From positions 1 to 36,765 of the forward strand of contig JBDOIF010000083.1 of the NCBI GenBank assembly GCA_041082215.1: a DNA stretch of 36,765 nucleotides, read 5' to 3'. The notes under the pieces were generated by a model. It saw only the letters and a program-made list of their open reading frames with translations, was not told the DNA's origin and made no database searches. The translations under genes and the position numbers were made by a program. This document shows positions 26,391 through 36,006 of the stretch, one piece after another (position 1 is the first letter of the stretch; the number at the start of each line of letters is the position of its first letter). Source of the DNA: Anaerolineae bacterium (GTDB lineage Bacteria > Chloroflexota > Anaerolineae > B4-G1 > DUEL01).

Positions 26391-27773
26391 CTATGGCGCA
26401 GGGGGTCGGTAGTCCGCTCCGAGGGTCACAACGATGTCCACCTCTGCCTGCGGGTTCTGCTGAGCGACGATGGCTGTGGGGGGAAGGCCCAGCAACCGGG
26501 CGATGGTCTCGGCGGTGAAGCTCTTGCCGGTGTAGGTGACGATCAGGCTTCTTTCATAGTCGAACCGGTCGGCGTTGCCGTAACCGGCGACCTGAATTCC
26601 GTGGGCCTGGAGGTACTCGGCGGTCTGCTGGGCCAGCCCTGCAACCGTCGTACCGTTGTAAACCTTTACTGTGGCGGCCTCGGCCGCCAGACGGGCGGTC
26701 GGATCTTCCTCCTGAGCTGTTTCGGGTTGGGTGGTGAAGATATCGTCCCGTATCTGCCGGATGCATTCCCGGATCGGGATCAACACCTGCTGGCCATCAG
26801 GCGTCTCCCAGAACATCGTGCATTTTTCGTCAATCACGCCCATCTCGATGTTCTCGCGGGGGATCTGGGTGGCCAGGTTAGCCAGGCGGACGATCTGATC
26901 CAGGGTGAGGTCGGTCTGGACCGAGCCACTGAGGGTGGTCCAGAGTTGAGGGGCGCGGGGGAGAAGCTGGGGGAGCATGTTCAACCGGGTTACCTTGTCC
27001 AGGATAGCCAGCAGCACCTGCTGCTGGCGCCTTGCCCGATCGAAGTCCCCTCCGCCGGTGTGGCGGGTGCGGGCGTATTTGAGGGCAAGCTCGCCGTCCA
27101 TATGCTGCCAGCCAGCGTCAATGTGGAGCGGATCGAAGCCGTAGGGATCGGCCGGGTCGCTGGAAGGGTAGGTGGGGTCGTTGATCTCCTCTTCGACGTA
27201 AATATCTACCCCACCGATCAGGTCCACCAGCTCGACGAAGGCGCGGAAGTTGACGCGGACGTAATGGTGAATGTGGACGCCCAGGTTCCACTGGACGGTC
27301 TGCATGGCAAGGGCCGGCCCCCCGCCGGGGTGGTCGTAGGCGTCCCCCAGGTAGTTGGCTGTGTTGATGCGCCCCTCGCCATAGCCGGGGATGGGCACCC
27401 AGAGGTCCCGGGGGATGGAGAGGAGGCCGGCGGATTTGGTCAGCGGGTCCACGGTGAGGACCAGCATCGTGTCGGTCCGCCAGGGCCCTTCTTCGCTTTC
27501 CCGCTCATCAATCCCCATCACCAGAATATTCACCCGCTCGGTCCCCTCCCAGGTCGGGAGAGGGCGGCCGGGCGACCAGTTAAGCCCCTCGTTGGGGTTG
27601 TTGGAGGTCAGTTCGGGCAACCCCTCCGCGTTGGCAACCCAGTTTCGTATCTCGATGTAGAAGGCATAGCCAATTCCACCGGCGATGAGAAAGAACAAAA
27701 CAAGCAGGCTCAGGACAAAGGTCACCTGGGCCCGGCCTGCCGACCGCCGGCTCCCTGCGGATCTTCGTGCCAT
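26391..27773 (-). CDS. LytR-CpsA-Psr (LCP) family protein with LytR C-terminal domain
   Basis: N-terminal TM, NILVMGID, RTDTM, SIPRDLWV, ARTRH, DFDRARRQQ and C-terminal VYNGT..GLA. Confidence 0.92.
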   Translation of the reverse strand: MARRSAGSRRSAGRAQVTFVLSLLVLFFLIAGGIGYAFYIEIRNWVANAEGLPELTSNNPNEGLNWSPGRPLPTWEGTERVNILVMGIDERESEEGPWRTDTMLVLTVDPLTKSAGLLSIPRDLWVPIPGYGEGRINTANYLGDAYDHPGGGPALAMQTVQWNLGVHIHHYVRVNFRAFVELVDLIGGVDIYVEEEINDPTYPSSDPADPYGFDPLHIDAGWQHMDGELALKYARTRHTGGGDFDRARRQQQVLLAILDKVTRLNMLPQLLPRAPQLWTTLSGSVQTDLTLDQIVRLANLATQIPRENIEMGVIDEKCTMFWETPDGQQVLIPIRECIRQIRDDIFTTQPETAQEEDPTARLAAEAATVKVYNGTTVAGLAQQTAEYLQAHGIQVAGYGNADRFDYERSLIVTYTGKSFTAETIARLLGLPPTAIVAQQNPQAEVDIVVTLGADYRPPAP

Positions 27774-27842
27774 AGATTTCCTCCAGCCTTTGCTCCTCTA
27801 CGGATTGGATGGCTCGCCGAACAGGCAAGCCTGGCGACCGCA

Positions 27843-27870
27843 ATTATAGCACGGTTGAGGAGGTGGGCAA
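27843..27870 (-). promoter_or_regulatory. Putative promoter for LCP-glgC
   Basis: Extended -10 TGCTATAAT with TTGCCC 16 nt upstream on the minus strand. Confidence 0.55.
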
Positions 27871-27877
27871 AGCGGAT

Positions 27878-27905
27878 TTGACAAAGCGGTCGTTTTGACT
27901 AAACT
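27878..27905 (+). promoter_or_regulatory. Putative promoter for the liv-type operon
   Basis: TTGACA-16 nt-TAAACT. Confidence 0.5.
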
Positions 27906-28040
27906 ACTCTCAGGCCCGGCCCACACCGGGGCGGAGCGAGATGGACAGAAAGGAGGTGGTCGGCAAAGAACGGGCAAATCGGAACGGGTTGGCGTAGAAT
28001 CCACAATCCCCGATCAGTTTTTTCGGTAAGGAGGAGAAGG

Positions 28041-29195
28041 ATGACCAGAAAGCTTGTGCCGGCATTGCTCGTCGTCGTCCTGCTTGCCTCTCTGTTCACC
28101 GGGTGCAAGAAAGAGGCAGGCACGATCAAGATCGGCCTGGAAGGGCCGCTGACGGGCGACTACGCATACGAAGGGCAGGGCTTCGAGAAGGCGGTCCGCC
28201 TGCTGGTGGATCAGGTCAACGAGCAGGGTGGGTTGCTGGGCCGCCAGGTGGAGCTGATCGTCGAGGATGATGCGGGCGACCCGACCCAGGCGGCGCTGGT
28301 GGCGCAGCGGCTGGTGGACGCCGGGGTGATCGCCGTGATCGGGGCCTACAACTCCACCGCTACCGAGCCGGCCTCCGAAATCTACAACGAGGCTGGCATC
28401 CTCCACATCACCCCCTCTTCCACCGCCACGCGCCTCACCGAGAAGGGCTTTCAGCGCTTCTTCCGCGTCTGCTTCCTCGATGACCGGCAGGGCCTGTTTG
28501 CGGCAAAGTTCATGAAGGAGATCCTGGGCGCCCAGAACATCGGCATCCTCCACGACAACTCCACCTACGCCCAGGGGCTGGCCGAGCACACCAAGCGGTA
28601 CGCGGAGGAGTTGGGGCTGAACGTTGTCTTCTACGATGCCATCAACCCCGACGACACCGATTTCACGCCCACTCTGACCAACATCGCGGGGGCGCATCCG
28701 GATGCGGTCTACTTCACCGGCTACCATCCGCAGGGCGGCCTCCTGCTCAAGCAGAGCGGTGAGCTGGGGCTGGACCTCCAGTGGGTGATGGGCAACGCCT
28801 GCAACAACCCGGAGCTGATCCAGATTGCCGGCCTGGAGAACGCCGTCGGCACCTACGTGACCACGGAGCCGCTTCCCAAGGACCTGGATTATCCGGAGGC
28901 GAGGGAGTACGTCGCGGCCTTCGAGGCGAAGTACGGCGAGCCGGTGGCCAGCGTCTGGTGGCTGATGGCCGCCGAGGCCTTCAACGTGATCCGCTACGCC
29001 ATCGAACAGACCCAGTCCACCGACCCGGCCGTGCTGGCCGAGTTCCTCCACACCAGGGCCAAGGACATCCCCGGCCTCACCGGCCCGATCCTGGGCTGGG
29101 ATGAGAAGGGAGACCGGCTGGGCACGATCCACGTCGCCTACGTCATTGACGAGAACGGCAACTTCACCCTCAACCCCGAACAGCCATCGCCGTAA
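28041..29195 (+). CDS. livK: HAAT (Liv-type) ABC substrate-binding lipoprotein
   Basis: Lipobox FTGC, IKIGLEGPLTG, VEDDAGDP and VIGAYNS; RBS AAGGAGG. Actual substrate is not determinable from sequence. Confidence 0.88.
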   Translation: MTRKLVPALLVVVLLASLFTGCKKEAGTIKIGLEGPLTGDYAYEGQGFEKAVRLLVDQVNEQGGLLGRQVELIVEDDAGDPTQAALVAQRLVDAGVIAVIGAYNSTATEPASEIYNEAGILHITPSSTATRLTEKGFQRFFRVCFLDDRQGLFAAKFMKEILGAQNIGILHDNSTYAQGLAEHTKRYAEELGLNVVFYDAINPDDTDFTPTLTNIAGAHPDAVYFTGYHPQGGLLLKQSGELGLDLQWVMGNACNNPELIQIAGLENAVGTYVTTEPLPKDLDYPEAREYVAAFEAKYGEPVASVWWLMAAEAFNVIRYAIEQTQSTDPAVLAEFLHTRAKDIPGLTGPILGWDEKGDRLGTIHVAYVIDENGNFTLNPEQPSP

Positions 29196-29207
29196 ACCTG
29201 CCTGTCC

Positions 29208-29244
29208 GCGCGGGGGGAGTCCGGTCCCCGGGCCCCCCCCGCGC
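29208..29244 (+). terminator. GC-rich stem-loop after the binding-protein gene (partial terminator or mRNA stabiliser)
   Basis: GCGCGGGGGG...CCCCCCGCGC with a weak T tail. Confidence 0.55.
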
Positions 29245-29271
29245 ACGTTTATGAGGTGCGGTACGTTGGCG

Positions 29272-29329
29272 ACCGCAGAAAACGCAAAAAGTGCAAAAAT
29301 TCTTGCCCCACCTTTGCGCCCTTTGTGGT
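29272..29329. repeat. Degenerate palindromic element, family A copy 2 (AT-rich variant)
   Basis: ACCGCAGAAAACGCAAAAAGTGCAAAAA...CTTTGCGCCCTTTGTGGT, with the same ACCRC...TGTGGT termini and about 9-nt period. Confidence 0.5.
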
Positions 29330-29359
29330 CTCTCTTAACGGCTGTGGAGGTTTGACCCG

Positions 29360-30265
29360 ATGCAGTTTCTCCAGCAGCTCATCAACGGGGTGACGATTGG
29401 CGCGTTCTATGCGCTGGTCGCCCTGGGATACACGATGGTCTACGGCGTCCTGAAGCTGATCAACTTTGCCCACGGCGACCTGTTTATGTGGGGGGCTTAC
29501 CTGGGGCTGACAGGGCTGAACGTCATCCTGGCTGCGATCGCCAGGACAACCCCCTGGGCAATCCTGCCGACCGTGATCATGGTGATGGCGACGGTCGCGC
29601 TGGTCGGAGTGCTGGTGGAGCGGGTGGCGTATCGTCCGCTCCGCACGGCAGGGCGGCTGGCCCCGGTGATCTCCGCCCTGGGGGTGGCCTTCATCCTGGA
29701 GAGCCTGGCCCGCAATATCTACGGAGCCAGCTGGAAAACCTATCCGGCCGGTATCACCCCCGGCGGCGGGCTGGTCCTCTCGGGGGGGGTCCGCGTCGGC
29801 GTTATGCAGATCATCGTGCTGGCCGTCTCCTTCCTCCTGATGGCCGGGCTGTACCTCTTCGTCCACCGCACCCGTATCGGCACCGCGATGCGGGCCGTCT
29901 CCCTGGATCACAACGTCTCCCGGCTGATGGGGATTGATGTGGACCGGATCATCATGGTTGTCTTTCTCATCGGACCCGGCCTGGGGGGCGTGGCGGGGAT
30001 GATCGTGGCCCTTTATTACGGCTCGTTCGACTTCACGCTGGGATGGGTCTTCGGCCTGAAGGCCTTCATCGCCGCCATTCTGGGAGGGATCGGCAACATC
30101 CCCGGCGCGATGGTGGGAGGGATGCTCCTGGGGATCATCGAGACGCTGGGGGCGGGCTATATCTCGCCTCAGTGGAAGGACGTCATCGCCTATGTGATCC
30201 TGATCCTGATCCTCATCTTCCGCCCCACCGGACTGCTCGGCGAGCGGGTGGCGGAAAAGCTGTAG
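29360..30265 (+). CDS. livH: HAAT ABC permease
   Basis: YALVALGYTMVYGVLKLINFAHG and KAFIAAILGGIGNIPGA. Confidence 0.92.
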   Translation: MQFLQQLINGVTIGAFYALVALGYTMVYGVLKLINFAHGDLFMWGAYLGLTGLNVILAAIARTTPWAILPTVIMVMATVALVGVLVERVAYRPLRTAGRLAPVISALGVAFILESLARNIYGASWKTYPAGITPGGGLVLSGGVRVGVMQIIVLAVSFLLMAGLYLFVHRTRIGTAMRAVSLDHNVSRLMGIDVDRIIMVVFLIGPGLGGVAGMIVALYYGSFDFTLGWVFGLKAFIAAILGGIGNIPGAMVGGMLLGIIETLGAGYISPQWKDVIAYVILILILIFRPTGLLGERVAEKL

Positions 30266-30274
30266 GGGGATGAG

Positions 30275-31276
30275 ATGATGACCGCGTTGCGTGAACGTCT
30301 CCGGACCATCCGACCCCTCTGGTGGCAGTTGGGCCTGCTTGGGCTGGCCCTCCTGCTCCCCCTCCCGATGGGCGACTACTACCGCTCGGTACTCTGGCGG
30401 ACGGCCCTCTATATCATCCTGGGTCTCAGCCTGAACGTTATCGTCGGCTATGCGGGGCTTTTCCAGCTCGGGCACGCGGCTTTCTACGCCCTGGGAGCGT
30501 ACACTACCGCTTTGCTCAATCTCCATTGGGGGATCCCGATCCTGTTAACCTTCCCGATCAGCATCCTCGTCGCGGCTTTCTTCGGTTATCTGATCACGCG
30601 GCCGATCCTCCACCTGCGGGGCGACTATCTCTGTATCGTCACCATCGCCTTCGGCGAGGTGGTGCGGCTGGCGCTGGTCAACAACATCTTCGGCATCACC
30701 GGCGGGGCCAACGGGCTGAGCGGCATCGCCCGGCCGGTCCTCTTTGGTTTTGCTATCCGTGAGCCGATCTATCATTACTATATGGTGCTTCTCTTCCTGG
30801 TTTTCACCATCTTCGCCGTCCGTCGTCTGGAGAACTCCCGCCTGGGCCGGGCGTGGATGTACGTCCGTGAGGATGAGGTCGCCGCCGAGGCGATGGGGAT
30901 AGACACCACGCGGGTGAAGCTTCTGGCCTTCGTCATCGGCTCGGGCTGGGCAGGGCTGGCCGGTTCCCTCTACGCGGCCAAGATCACGGTCGTCTCGCCG
31001 GACCAGGCGAAGTTTCTGGAGTCGGTGGTCATGTTCTGCATCGTCGTCCTGGGCGGCACCGGCTCCATCCCCGGCGTCTTCGTCGGCACGCTGGGGATGG
31101 TCACCCTGCCGGAGCTCTCCCGCGCCCTGAAGGAGTGGCGGGATGCGTGGCTGGGGCTGGCGATGGTGACGATGATGATCGCCCGTCCGGAGGGGCTCTG
31201 GCCCAGCCGACGGATCCGGATGGAGATTCGGGCAGCCCAAGAGGAGGCGCTGGCCGCCCCCGCTTCCGGCGATTGA
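30275..31276 (+). CDS. livM: HAAT ABC permease
   Basis: [26 protein letters not shown] and SRLGRAW..VREDE. Confidence 0.92.
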   Translation: MMTALRERLRTIRPLWWQLGLLGLALLLPLPMGDYYRSVLWRTALYIILGLSLNVIVGYAGLFQLGHAAFYALGAYTTALLNLHWGIPILLTFPISILVAAFFGYLITRPILHLRGDYLCIVTIAFGEVVRLALVNNIFGITGGANGLSGIARPVLFGFAIREPIYHYYMVLLFLVFTIFAVRRLENSRLGRAWMYVREDEVAAEAMGIDTTRVKLLAFVIGSGWAGLAGSLYAAKITVVSPDQAKFLESVVMFCIVVLGGTGSIPGVFVGTLGMVTLPELSRALKEWRDAWLGLAMVTMMIARPEGLWPSRRIRMEIRAAQEEALAAPASGD

Positions 31277-31295
31277 ATCCGACGAGGCAAGCGCG

Positions 31296-32159
31296 ATGGC
31301 ACTGCTGGAACTCCAAGGTCTGACCAAACAGTTCGGTGGCCTGGTGGCTGTGGACCATGTGGACTTTGATGTCAACGAGGGAGAGATCCTGGGGCTGATC
31401 GGCCCGAACGGGGCCGGCAAGACGACCATCTTCAATATGATCACCGGGATCTATCCCCCCACCGAGGGAAAGATTTACTTCCGCGGGGAGCGCATTGCCC
31501 ATCCGCCCCTGACCTGGAGGCAGCGGTTTTCCACTCCGGTGTGGTGGGTCAGCTGGCTGCCTTTGCCGTCTGTGAAGCGGCGATGGGACGAGGTGCGCAC
31601 GCTCCGTCCCCACGAGATCACCGAGCGGGGCATTGCCCGCACCTTCCAGACGATCCGTCTCTTCAAGAACCTCACCGCTCTGGAAAATGTAATGGCTGGC
31701 CTTCACCATCGCACCCACGCGGGGGTGTGGGGAGCAGTCGCTCGGCCCCCCTCTCAAAAGCAGGAGGAGACCTTTATCGTTGCCGAGGCGGAAAAGTACC
31801 TGGCCTTCATGGGGCTGACCGATTATCGAGACGAGCTGGCCAAAAATCTTCCCTACGGCCATCAGCGACGGCTGGAGATCGCCCGCGCCCTGGCTGCTGA
31901 ACCCTCCCTCCTGGTCCTGGATGAACCGGCGGCCGGCCTCAACGAGCAGGAGACCCTGGAACTGATGGCGACAATCCGACAGATCCGGGATTCCGGCATC
32001 ACCATCCTGCTCATCGAGCACGATATGAAGGTGGTGATGGGCATCTGTGAGCGGATCGTCGTTCTGGACTACGGGAAGAAGATCGCCGAAGGGACTCCCG
32101 AGGAAGTGCAGAACAACCCCCGGGTCATCGAGGCGTACCTGGGCGAAGAGGAGGTGTGA
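31296..32159 (+). CDS. livG: HAAT ABC ATP-binding protein with an internal Trp-rich insertion
   Basis: [44 protein letters not shown] and VIEAYLG. Confidence 0.92.
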   Translation: MALLELQGLTKQFGGLVAVDHVDFDVNEGEILGLIGPNGAGKTTIFNMITGIYPPTEGKIYFRGERIAHPPLTWRQRFSTPVWWVSWLPLPSVKRRWDEVRTLRPHEITERGIARTFQTIRLFKNLTALENVMAGLHHRTHAGVWGAVARPPSQKQEETFIVAEAEKYLAFMGLTDYRDELAKNLPYGHQRRLEIARALAAEPSLLVLDEPAAGLNEQETLELMATIRQIRDSGITILLIEHDMKVVMGICERIVVLDYGKKIAEGTPEEVQNNPRVIEAYLGEEEV

Positions 32160-32878
32160 CTGTGGCTCTTCTGGAGATCGAGAACCTGCACACCTATTAC
32201 GGCCACGTCCATGCCCTGAAGGGCATCGAGCTGACCGTTGAGGAAGGGGAGATCGTCACCCTGATCGGGGCCAATGGGGCGGGGAAGACGACCACGCTGC
32301 GTACCATCTCCGGCCTGATCCACCCCCGCGAGGGCCGCATCCTCTTCGACGGACGGGAGATCGGCGGCCTTTCTGCTCATAAGATCGTTCAAATGGGAAT
32401 CTGCCACGCGCCGGAAGGCCGCCAGATCTTCAGCACGCTGACGGTGATGGAGAACCTGAACATGGGGGCCTACTCGCTGGGCGGGGATAAGGAGGCCATT
32501 GAGGAGAACCGCCGTCGCGTGTTCGACCTTTTCCCCCGGCTGGCGGAGCGGAAGAACCAGTTGGGCGGCACCCTCTCCGGCGGCGAGCAGCAGATGCTCT
32601 CCATCGGGCGGGCACTGATGTCCAGACCGCGTTTGCTGATGCTGGACGAGCCCTCGCTCGGCCTGGCTCCCCTCCTCGTCAGGGCGATCTTCGACACGAT
32701 CCGGGAGATCAACCAGCGGGGGGTGACGATCCTCCTGGTGGAGCAGAACGCCCGCGCTGCATTGAAGATCGCCCATCGTGGCTACGTCCTGGAGACCGGA
32801 CGGGTGGTCCTCTCCGGGCCGGCTCAGGAGCTGTTGCAGGACGAGCGGGTGCGGAAAGCCTACCTGGGCGAGCGGTGA
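32156..32878 (+). CDS. livF: HAAT ABC ATP-binding protein
   Basis: GANGAGKTT, PEGRQIF, LSGGEQQM, LDEPSLGLAP and VEQNA; GTGA overlap. Confidence 0.93.
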   Translation: MTVALLEIENLHTYYGHVHALKGIELTVEEGEIVTLIGANGAGKTTTLRTISGLIHPREGRILFDGREIGGLSAHKIVQMGICHAPEGRQIFSTLTVMENLNMGAYSLGGDKEAIEENRRRVFDLFPRLAERKNQLGGTLSGGEQQMLSIGRALMSRPRLLMLDEPSLGLAPLLVRAIFDTIREINQRGVTILLVEQNARAALKIAHRGYVLETGRVVLSGPAQELLQDERVRKAYLGER

Positions 32879-32881
32879 AAA

Positions 32882-32909
32882 TGTAGGACAAGCTTCAGCT
32901 TGTCCTATA
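32882..32909. repeat. GTAG-type REP-like palindrome
   Basis: TGTAGGACAAGC-TTCA-GCTTGTCCTATA inside an operon, with no T tail. Confidence 0.65.
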
Positions 32910-32922
32910 AGGAGGGAGGGAT

Positions 32923-33912
32923 GTGACGGCGCTGCGGATGCTCTCGCGGGACGACGTTCGCCGGGCGCTGCCCATGCGGGAGGCCGTCGAGGCGATGAAA
33001 CGGGCCTTCGCCCAGCTTTCTCGGGGTCAGGCCATCCTGCCGCTGCGGGTAGCGTTGCCGGTGGAGCGGCACAACGGCGTCACGCTCTTTATGCCCGGCT
33101 ATCTGGCCGGTGATGACCGGATGGCGATCAAGATTGTCTCCGTCTTCAACGATAACCCCGCCAGGGGGCTTCCGTTGATTCACGCCCTGGTGGTGGTGGT
33201 GGATGCCGGGACCGGAGTGCCCGCGGCGGTGATGGACGGGACCTATCTGACCGCCCTGCGGACGGGGGCAGCCTCCGGCGCAGCCACCGACCTGCTGGCC
33301 CGGGCGGAGGTGGAGACGGCGGCGGTCTTCGGCGCGGGCGTGCAGGGACGTACCCAGTTGGAGGCAGTCTGCGCCGTGCGGCCCATCCGTACTGCCTGGG
33401 TCTATGACCTCGATCCCGGGCGGGCCACCGCCTACGCGGAAGAGATGGCTGCCCGGCTGGGCGTTCCGGTCCTTGTAGCTTCTTCCCCCGCTGAAGCTGT
33501 CCGCCAGGCCGATGTGATCTGTACGGCCACCACCTCTGCTACCCCCGTCTTCGACGACGCCGACCTCCGCCCCGGAACCCACATCAACGCCGTCGGCGCC
33601 TACACCCCTCAAATGCAGGAAGTGCCGGCGGAGACGGTGGCCCGGGCCAGGGTGGTCGTTGACCATCGGGAGGCCAGCCTGGCCGAAGCGGGCGACCTGA
33701 TCATCCCGCTCCGACAGGGGTTGATCGCCGAAGACCACATCTGGGCGGAACTGGGGGAGATTGCGGCAGGGTTGAAGCCGGGCCGGACCGATCCGGACCA
33801 GATCACGCTGTTCAAGTCGGTGGGGGTGGCGGTGCAGGATGTGGCCGCTGCAGCGGCGGTGCTGGCAGCGGCGGAGCGGCTGGGGTTGGGGGTCGAGGTA
33901 TCGCTGGGGTGA
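32923..33912 (+). CDS. Ornithine cyclodeaminase / mu-crystallin family protein
   Basis: MPGY, IKIVSVF, LTALRTGAASG, GAGVQG, HINAVGA and FKSVGVAVQD; GTG start after AAGGAGGGAGG. Confidence 0.9.
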   Translation: MTALRMLSRDDVRRALPMREAVEAMKRAFAQLSRGQAILPLRVALPVERHNGVTLFMPGYLAGDDRMAIKIVSVFNDNPARGLPLIHALVVVVDAGTGVPAAVMDGTYLTALRTGAASGAATDLLARAEVETAAVFGAGVQGRTQLEAVCAVRPIRTAWVYDLDPGRATAYAEEMAARLGVPVLVASSPAEAVRQADVICTATTSATPVFDDADLRPGTHINAVGAYTPQMQEVPAETVARARVVVDHREASLAEAGDLIIPLRQGLIAEDHIWAELGEIAAGLKPGRTDPDQITLFKSVGVAVQDVAAAAAVLAAAERLGLGVEVSLG

Positions 33913-34787
33913 GGTCGGAACGACTGCGGGGCTACGGGCTCGTCCTCCTGGCTGCCAGCCTCTGGGCCACCATCGGCCTTTTCTACCGGTACCTGGAAGC
34001 GCAGGGGCTTTCCCGCCTGACCATCGCCTTTTACCGCGCCGCCGTATCGGCTGTCCTTCTGTTCGCCGCGCTGGGCTGGCGGGCGCCCCGATCCCTCCGT
34101 GTGCACCGCCGCGATTGGCCTCTTTTCCTCGCCTTTGGCCTCTTCGGCGTGGCTGCCTTCTATGTCGTCTACATCTACGCCATCGCGCTGGCCGGGATGG
34201 GAGTGGCGGCGATTCTGATGTACACCGCCCCGGCGTGGGTTGTCCTCCTCGGCGCGCTTTTCCTCGGGGAGCCGATGAGCTGGACCAGGGGGGCGGCTCT
34301 GCTGCTGGCTGTGGGGGGATGTGCGCTCGTCGGCCGGGTGTACGATCTGGCAGGCATCCGCCTCGGCCTGACGGGGGTCCTGGCCGGGCTGGGGGCGGGC
34401 TTTACCTACGGCCTCTACACCCTCTTCAGTAAGGCGGCCGTGCGCCATTACACCCCGTGGGCCACACTGGCTTACGGGCTTGCTCTCGGTGCACTGTTTA
34501 TGCTCCCCCTGCAGTCGCCAGCCAACCTGGCCCGGGCGGTAAGCTCCCCGTCCATCCTTGTTGTGGTGCTGGGGCTGGGGCTCCTGCCGACTGTGGCGGC
34601 GGGAGTGGCCTTCAATCTGGGCCTGGAGCGGCTTCCGGCTGGCAATGCCAGCATCGTTGCCACGCTGGAACCCGCCCTGGCGGCTTTGCTGGGCTGGCTC
34701 TTCCTGGGGGAGCGGATGGAACTGCCTCAAATAATGGGAGCGGCATTGATTCTGATGGCGGTCGTGGTACTGCAACGGAATACGTAA
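33909..34787 (+). CDS. EamA/DMT family transporter
   Basis: About 10 TM in two repeats; LMYTAP and ASIVATLEP; GTGA overlap. Confidence 0.88.
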   Translation: MRSERLRGYGLVLLAASLWATIGLFYRYLEAQGLSRLTIAFYRAAVSAVLLFAALGWRAPRSLRVHRRDWPLFLAFGLFGVAAFYVVYIYAIALAGMGVAAILMYTAPAWVVLLGALFLGEPMSWTRGAALLLAVGGCALVGRVYDLAGIRLGLTGVLAGLGAGFTYGLYTLFSKAAVRHYTPWATLAYGLALGALFMLPLQSPANLARAVSSPSILVVVLGLGLLPTVAAGVAFNLGLERLPAGNASIVATLEPALAALLGWLFLGERMELPQIMGAALILMAVVVLQRNT

Positions 34788-34817
34788 TACGCAATACGTA
34801 CTCCGTATTCCGTGTTC
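34775..34817. repeat. Heptamer tandem repeat arranged as an inverted array
   Basis: GGAATAC GTAATAC GCAATAC then GTACTCC GTATTCC GTGTTCT; perfect inverted repeat ACGGAATACG/CGTATTCCGT. Confidence 0.7.
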
Positions 34818-34840
34818 TGGCCTGTGATGGAGGTTCGCCA

Positions 34841-35998
34841 ATGGAGCTGCCCAGGACAGCAGATGTTGTCATCGTCGGCGGGGGGGTGATGGGTACGAGC
34901 GCTGCCTATCACCTGGCGCTCAAGGGTTGCAGGGATGTGCTGCTGCTGGAGCGAGAGCCCTTTTTCGGAACACAGGCGACCGGTAAGTGCGCCGGGGGAA
35001 TCCGTTACCAGTTCAGCACCGAGATCAATGTCCGGCTTTCCCTCCTCAGCCTGCCGATGCTGGACCGGTTTGAGGAGGAGCTGGGGCAGCCGATTGGCCT
35101 CAGGGCCTGCGGCTACCTCTTCCTGCTGACCCGGGAGGAGGATGTGGCGGCCTTCCGGCGGAATGTGGAGATGCAGCACCGGCTGGGGGTGGAGACGGAG
35201 TGGCTTGCGCCGGAGGAGATCGCCCGGATGGTGCCTCTGATTGACCTGGAGGGGGTGATCGCCGGGACCTTTCATGCCCGCGACGGCCTGGCCGACCCCA
35301 ACTCCGTCGTCCAGGGGTATGTCTCTGGGGCGCGGCGACTGGGGGCAAAGCTGCTTACTGGAGTGACGGTGACCGACGTGCTCGTGGAGGGGGGGCGGGT
35401 GCGGGGCGTGGTCACCGACCGGGGGGCTGTCTCCGCACCGGTGGTGTTGAACGCTGCCGGACCGTGGGCGGGCGAGGTGGGGAGGATGGCCAGGGTGGAG
35501 ATCCCCATTGTCCCCCTGCGTCGCCAGATCGTCGTCACCTCCCCCCTGCCGGAAGTGCCCCCTGGTTTTCCTTTTGTCATTGACTTCGCCCAATCCCTCT
35601 ACTTCCATCGGGAGGGTCCAGGCATCCTCACCGGCATGTCCAATCCCAACGAGAAGGAGGGGTTCGACCAGTCGGTGGACCTGGAATGGGAGCTGGTCCA
35701 TCTGGAGGCGGCAATCCAACGGATGCCGCTGTTGCAGAAGGCGGGGCTGGCCAGCCACTGGGCCGGCCTGTACGAGGTGACGCCCGACGCCCACCCCATT
35801 CTGGGGCGTATCCCGGAGGTAGAAGGATTCTATTGTATCGGCGGCTTCAGCGGCCACGGTTTCATGCACGGCCCGATCTGTGGGTTGCTGCTGGCAGAGG
35901 AGATCCTGGAAGGGAGGGCCCACACGCTGGACATCACACCGCTCTCCATCGAGCGGTTCCGACGGGGGGAGAAGATTGTCGAATACAACGTCGTGTGA
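34841..35998 (+). CDS. FAD-dependent oxidoreductase, DAO / sarcosine oxidase beta-like family
   Basis: VVIVGGGVMG, ATGKCAGGIR, NAAGPW, WAGLYEVTPDAHPILG and GFSGHGFM; ATG 34841 after GGAGG. Confidence 0.9.
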   Translation: MELPRTADVVIVGGGVMGTSAAYHLALKGCRDVLLLEREPFFGTQATGKCAGGIRYQFSTEINVRLSLLSLPMLDRFEEELGQPIGLRACGYLFLLTREEDVAAFRRNVEMQHRLGVETEWLAPEEIARMVPLIDLEGVIAGTFHARDGLADPNSVVQGYVSGARRLGAKLLTGVTVTDVLVEGGRVRGVVTDRGAVSAPVVLNAAGPWAGEVGRMARVEIPIVPLRRQIVVTSPLPEVPPGFPFVIDFAQSLYFHREGPGILTGMSNPNEKEGFDQSVDLEWELVHLEAAIQRMPLLQKAGLASHWAGLYEVTPDAHPILGRIPEVEGFYCIGGFSGHGFMHGPICGLLLAEEILEGRAHTLDITPLSIERFRRGEKIVEYNVV

Positions 35999-36006
35999 GG
36001 TCACCC

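Noticed and set aside
27941..27997. 18-codon ORF (MDRKEVVGKERANRNGLA) and AGAAAGGAGGTG in the liv leader, as a possible attenuator
   Set aside because: No run of regulatory codons, no terminator, and no T-box or riboswitch consensus recognised.
34457..34840. N-terminal extension of the 513-aa ORF
   Set aside because: Overlaps EamA in another frame; the RBS and Rossmann motif point to ATG 34841.
34819..34845. GATGGAGGTTCGCC, resembling the 5' half of a fluoride riboswitch
   Set aside because: No closing stem, no AACCGC..GCTGATG segment and no pseudoknot partner; explained by the GGAGG RBS.
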